NCBI GenBank assembly: GCA_039933635.1
Contig: JBDTNQ010000005.1
Coordinates: forward strand, 33,602-97,601
Origin: Acidobacteriota bacterium
GTDB taxonomy: Bacteria; Acidobacteriota; Vicinamibacteria; Vicinamibacterales; SCN-69-37
Length of the DNA: 64,000 nt
Reading direction: 5' to 3'
This document shows positions 63,098 through 64,000 of the stretch, one piece after another. Position 1 is the stretch's first letter. Each line of letters begins with the position of its first letter. The translations under genes and the position numbers were made by a program. The notes beneath the pieces are model-generated. The model worked only from the letters and a program-made list of their open reading frames with translations, searched no databases and was not told where the DNA came from.

Positions 63098-63168
63098 GCG
63101 GTGCGGATTGCCGGTTCAGGCTACGGGCCAGGCCGCTCGCGGCCTGAACCCGCAAACCGCAGCACCGC
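63098..63168. other. Long imperfect inverted repeat at the DinB-like / SpoIIE convergent junction
   Basis: Left arm GCGGTGCGGATTGCCGGTTCAGGC (63098-63121). Right arm GCCTGAACCCGCAAACCGCAGCACCGC (63142-63168). The right arm lies in the last codons of the phosphatase gene. Confidence 0.4.
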
Positions 63169-64000
63169 CATCGTCACGTCGTCTGCAGGCGGGACGGCGC
63201 CACAGAACTCACGGACGGTGCTGAACAGCTGCGCGAGAACCTGGGATGGCGGAGACGAGCGCGCCTCGGCGGCGCTCGCGATGAGGCGATCGGTGCCGAA
63301 GTCGTCACCGTCCGGTGCGATCGCGTCAGTGACCCCGTCGCTGAACGCGACGAGGCCGTCGCCGGGTTGCAGGGTCACCGTCGCCTGCGGGAACACCGCA
63401 TCGTCGAAGACCCCGAGCATTGGTCCGCCAACCGTCAGACGAGTGACGCCGGCCCGGGTAAGTAGCAACGACGGGTTGTGGCCGGCGTTCGAGTAGGTCA
63501 GCACACCGTCTGGTGAGAGCACGGCGTAGGCCAGCGTCGCAAAGCGAGGCTCGATGCCGCGCCGGCATAGCGCGCGGTTGACGCGGGTGAGTGCGGCCCG
63601 CGGTTCTTCACTCTCCATGGCGACGATCGAGAACATGCCCTGCAGCATCGCCGCGACGAGCGCGGCCGCCGGGCCCTTCCCTGAGACGTCGCCCACCGCG
63701 ATTCCGACAGCGCCCGACGGCAGATCGATGTACTCCAGGAAGTCTCCGCCAATGGCCCGGCACGGCAGCGATGACCCGACGATCTCGAAGAACGCGCCGG
63801 CGTGGTGCGTGCGGCACAGCGTGTGCTGCACGGCCGACGCGACCGTCAGTTCCTGGTCGAGCCGCGCCTTCTCCAGGCGCTCGAGCACGCCGCGAAAATC
63901 GTAGATCCGCTGTTCGTAAGCGATGCGTCCGCGCGTGAACGTGAACAGCCGGGCGGCATGGTATTCGACAGGTTGACCGGTCGGCGACAATCCGAACAGG
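63121..64000 (-). CDS. PP2C-type SpoIIE/RsbU-family serine phosphatase (partial; N-terminus beyond the window)
   Basis: GGDFLEYIDLPSGAVGIAVGDVSGKGPAAAL, NAGHNP, FSDGVTD and DDVTMAVL. The reading frame stays open to position 64000. Confidence 0.85.
   Translation of the reverse strand, partial: LFGLSPTGQPVEYHAARLFTFTRGRIAYEQRIYDFRGVLERLEKARLDQELTVASAVQHTLCRTHHAGAFFEIVGSSLPCRAIGGDFLEYIDLPSGAVGIAVGDVSGKGPAAALVAAMLQGMFSIVAMESEEPRAALTRVNRALCRRGIEPRFATLAYAVLSPDGVLTYSNAGHNPSLLLTRAGVTRLTVGGPMLGVFDDAVFPQATVTLQPGDGLVAFSDGVTDAIAPDGDDFGTDRLIASAAEARSSPPSQVLAQLFSTVREFCGAVPPADDVTMAVLRFAGSGRERPGP

Noticed and set aside
1-64000. Searched by eye for CRISPR arrays, IS/transposase or integrase genes, phage genes, toxin-antitoxin pairs, known defence-system genes, and rRNA/tRNA genes.
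   Set aside because: None recognised. The largest non-coding gaps (10232-10471, 15432-15642, 33189-33383, 7150-7315) show no convincing RNA-gene features, although a covariance-model scan was not possible.

Overview
High-GC (by eye about two-thirds G+C) bacterial chromosomal segment, densely packed with about 57 protein-coding genes on both strands. I recognised no rRNA, tRNA, CRISPR array, transposase, integrase or prophage genes. The gene flavour (PEGA, TPR/TonB_C proteins, DUF1593, Tat-NIPSNAP, ThuA) fits a soil Acidobacteriota-like organism, but that is only a guess.

Content is mostly core and envelope metabolism:
- Translation and central metabolism: an EF-P family protein with a YeiP/EfpL-like loop, thiolase, adk, purU, proC-rocD, ychF, pyc.
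- Transport and membrane proteins: modA, an AI-2E transporter, an NHS nucleoside permease, a ClC channel, a rhomboid protease.
- Regulation: two two-component systems, one RegB/RegA-like and one CusS/CusR-like.
- Envelope: a VirJ-like hydrolase with mprF, and a YfiR-like protein with a TonB-dependent receptor.
- Many oxidoreductases.

Many adjacent genes overlap by ATGA or GTGA, which implies operons with translational coupling.

I see no clear-cut novel system such as a defence island or mobile element. The loci most worth follow-up are:
1. A tightly coupled four-gene module: deoxyhypusine-synthase-like, HldD-like, DprE1-like and DprE2-like.
2. Two small families of intergenic hairpin repeats. 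One has a conserved loop, occurs as a tandem cluster at about 45.9-46.0 kb, and has an inverted copy at about 4.95 kb.
3. A run of secreted proteins of unknown function upstream of a YkuI-like EAL protein.
4. A secreted protein built of three tandem modules of about 55 aa, next to the YfiR-like/TonB-dependent receptor pair.

All functional calls come from motif recognition by eye. No database search was possible.
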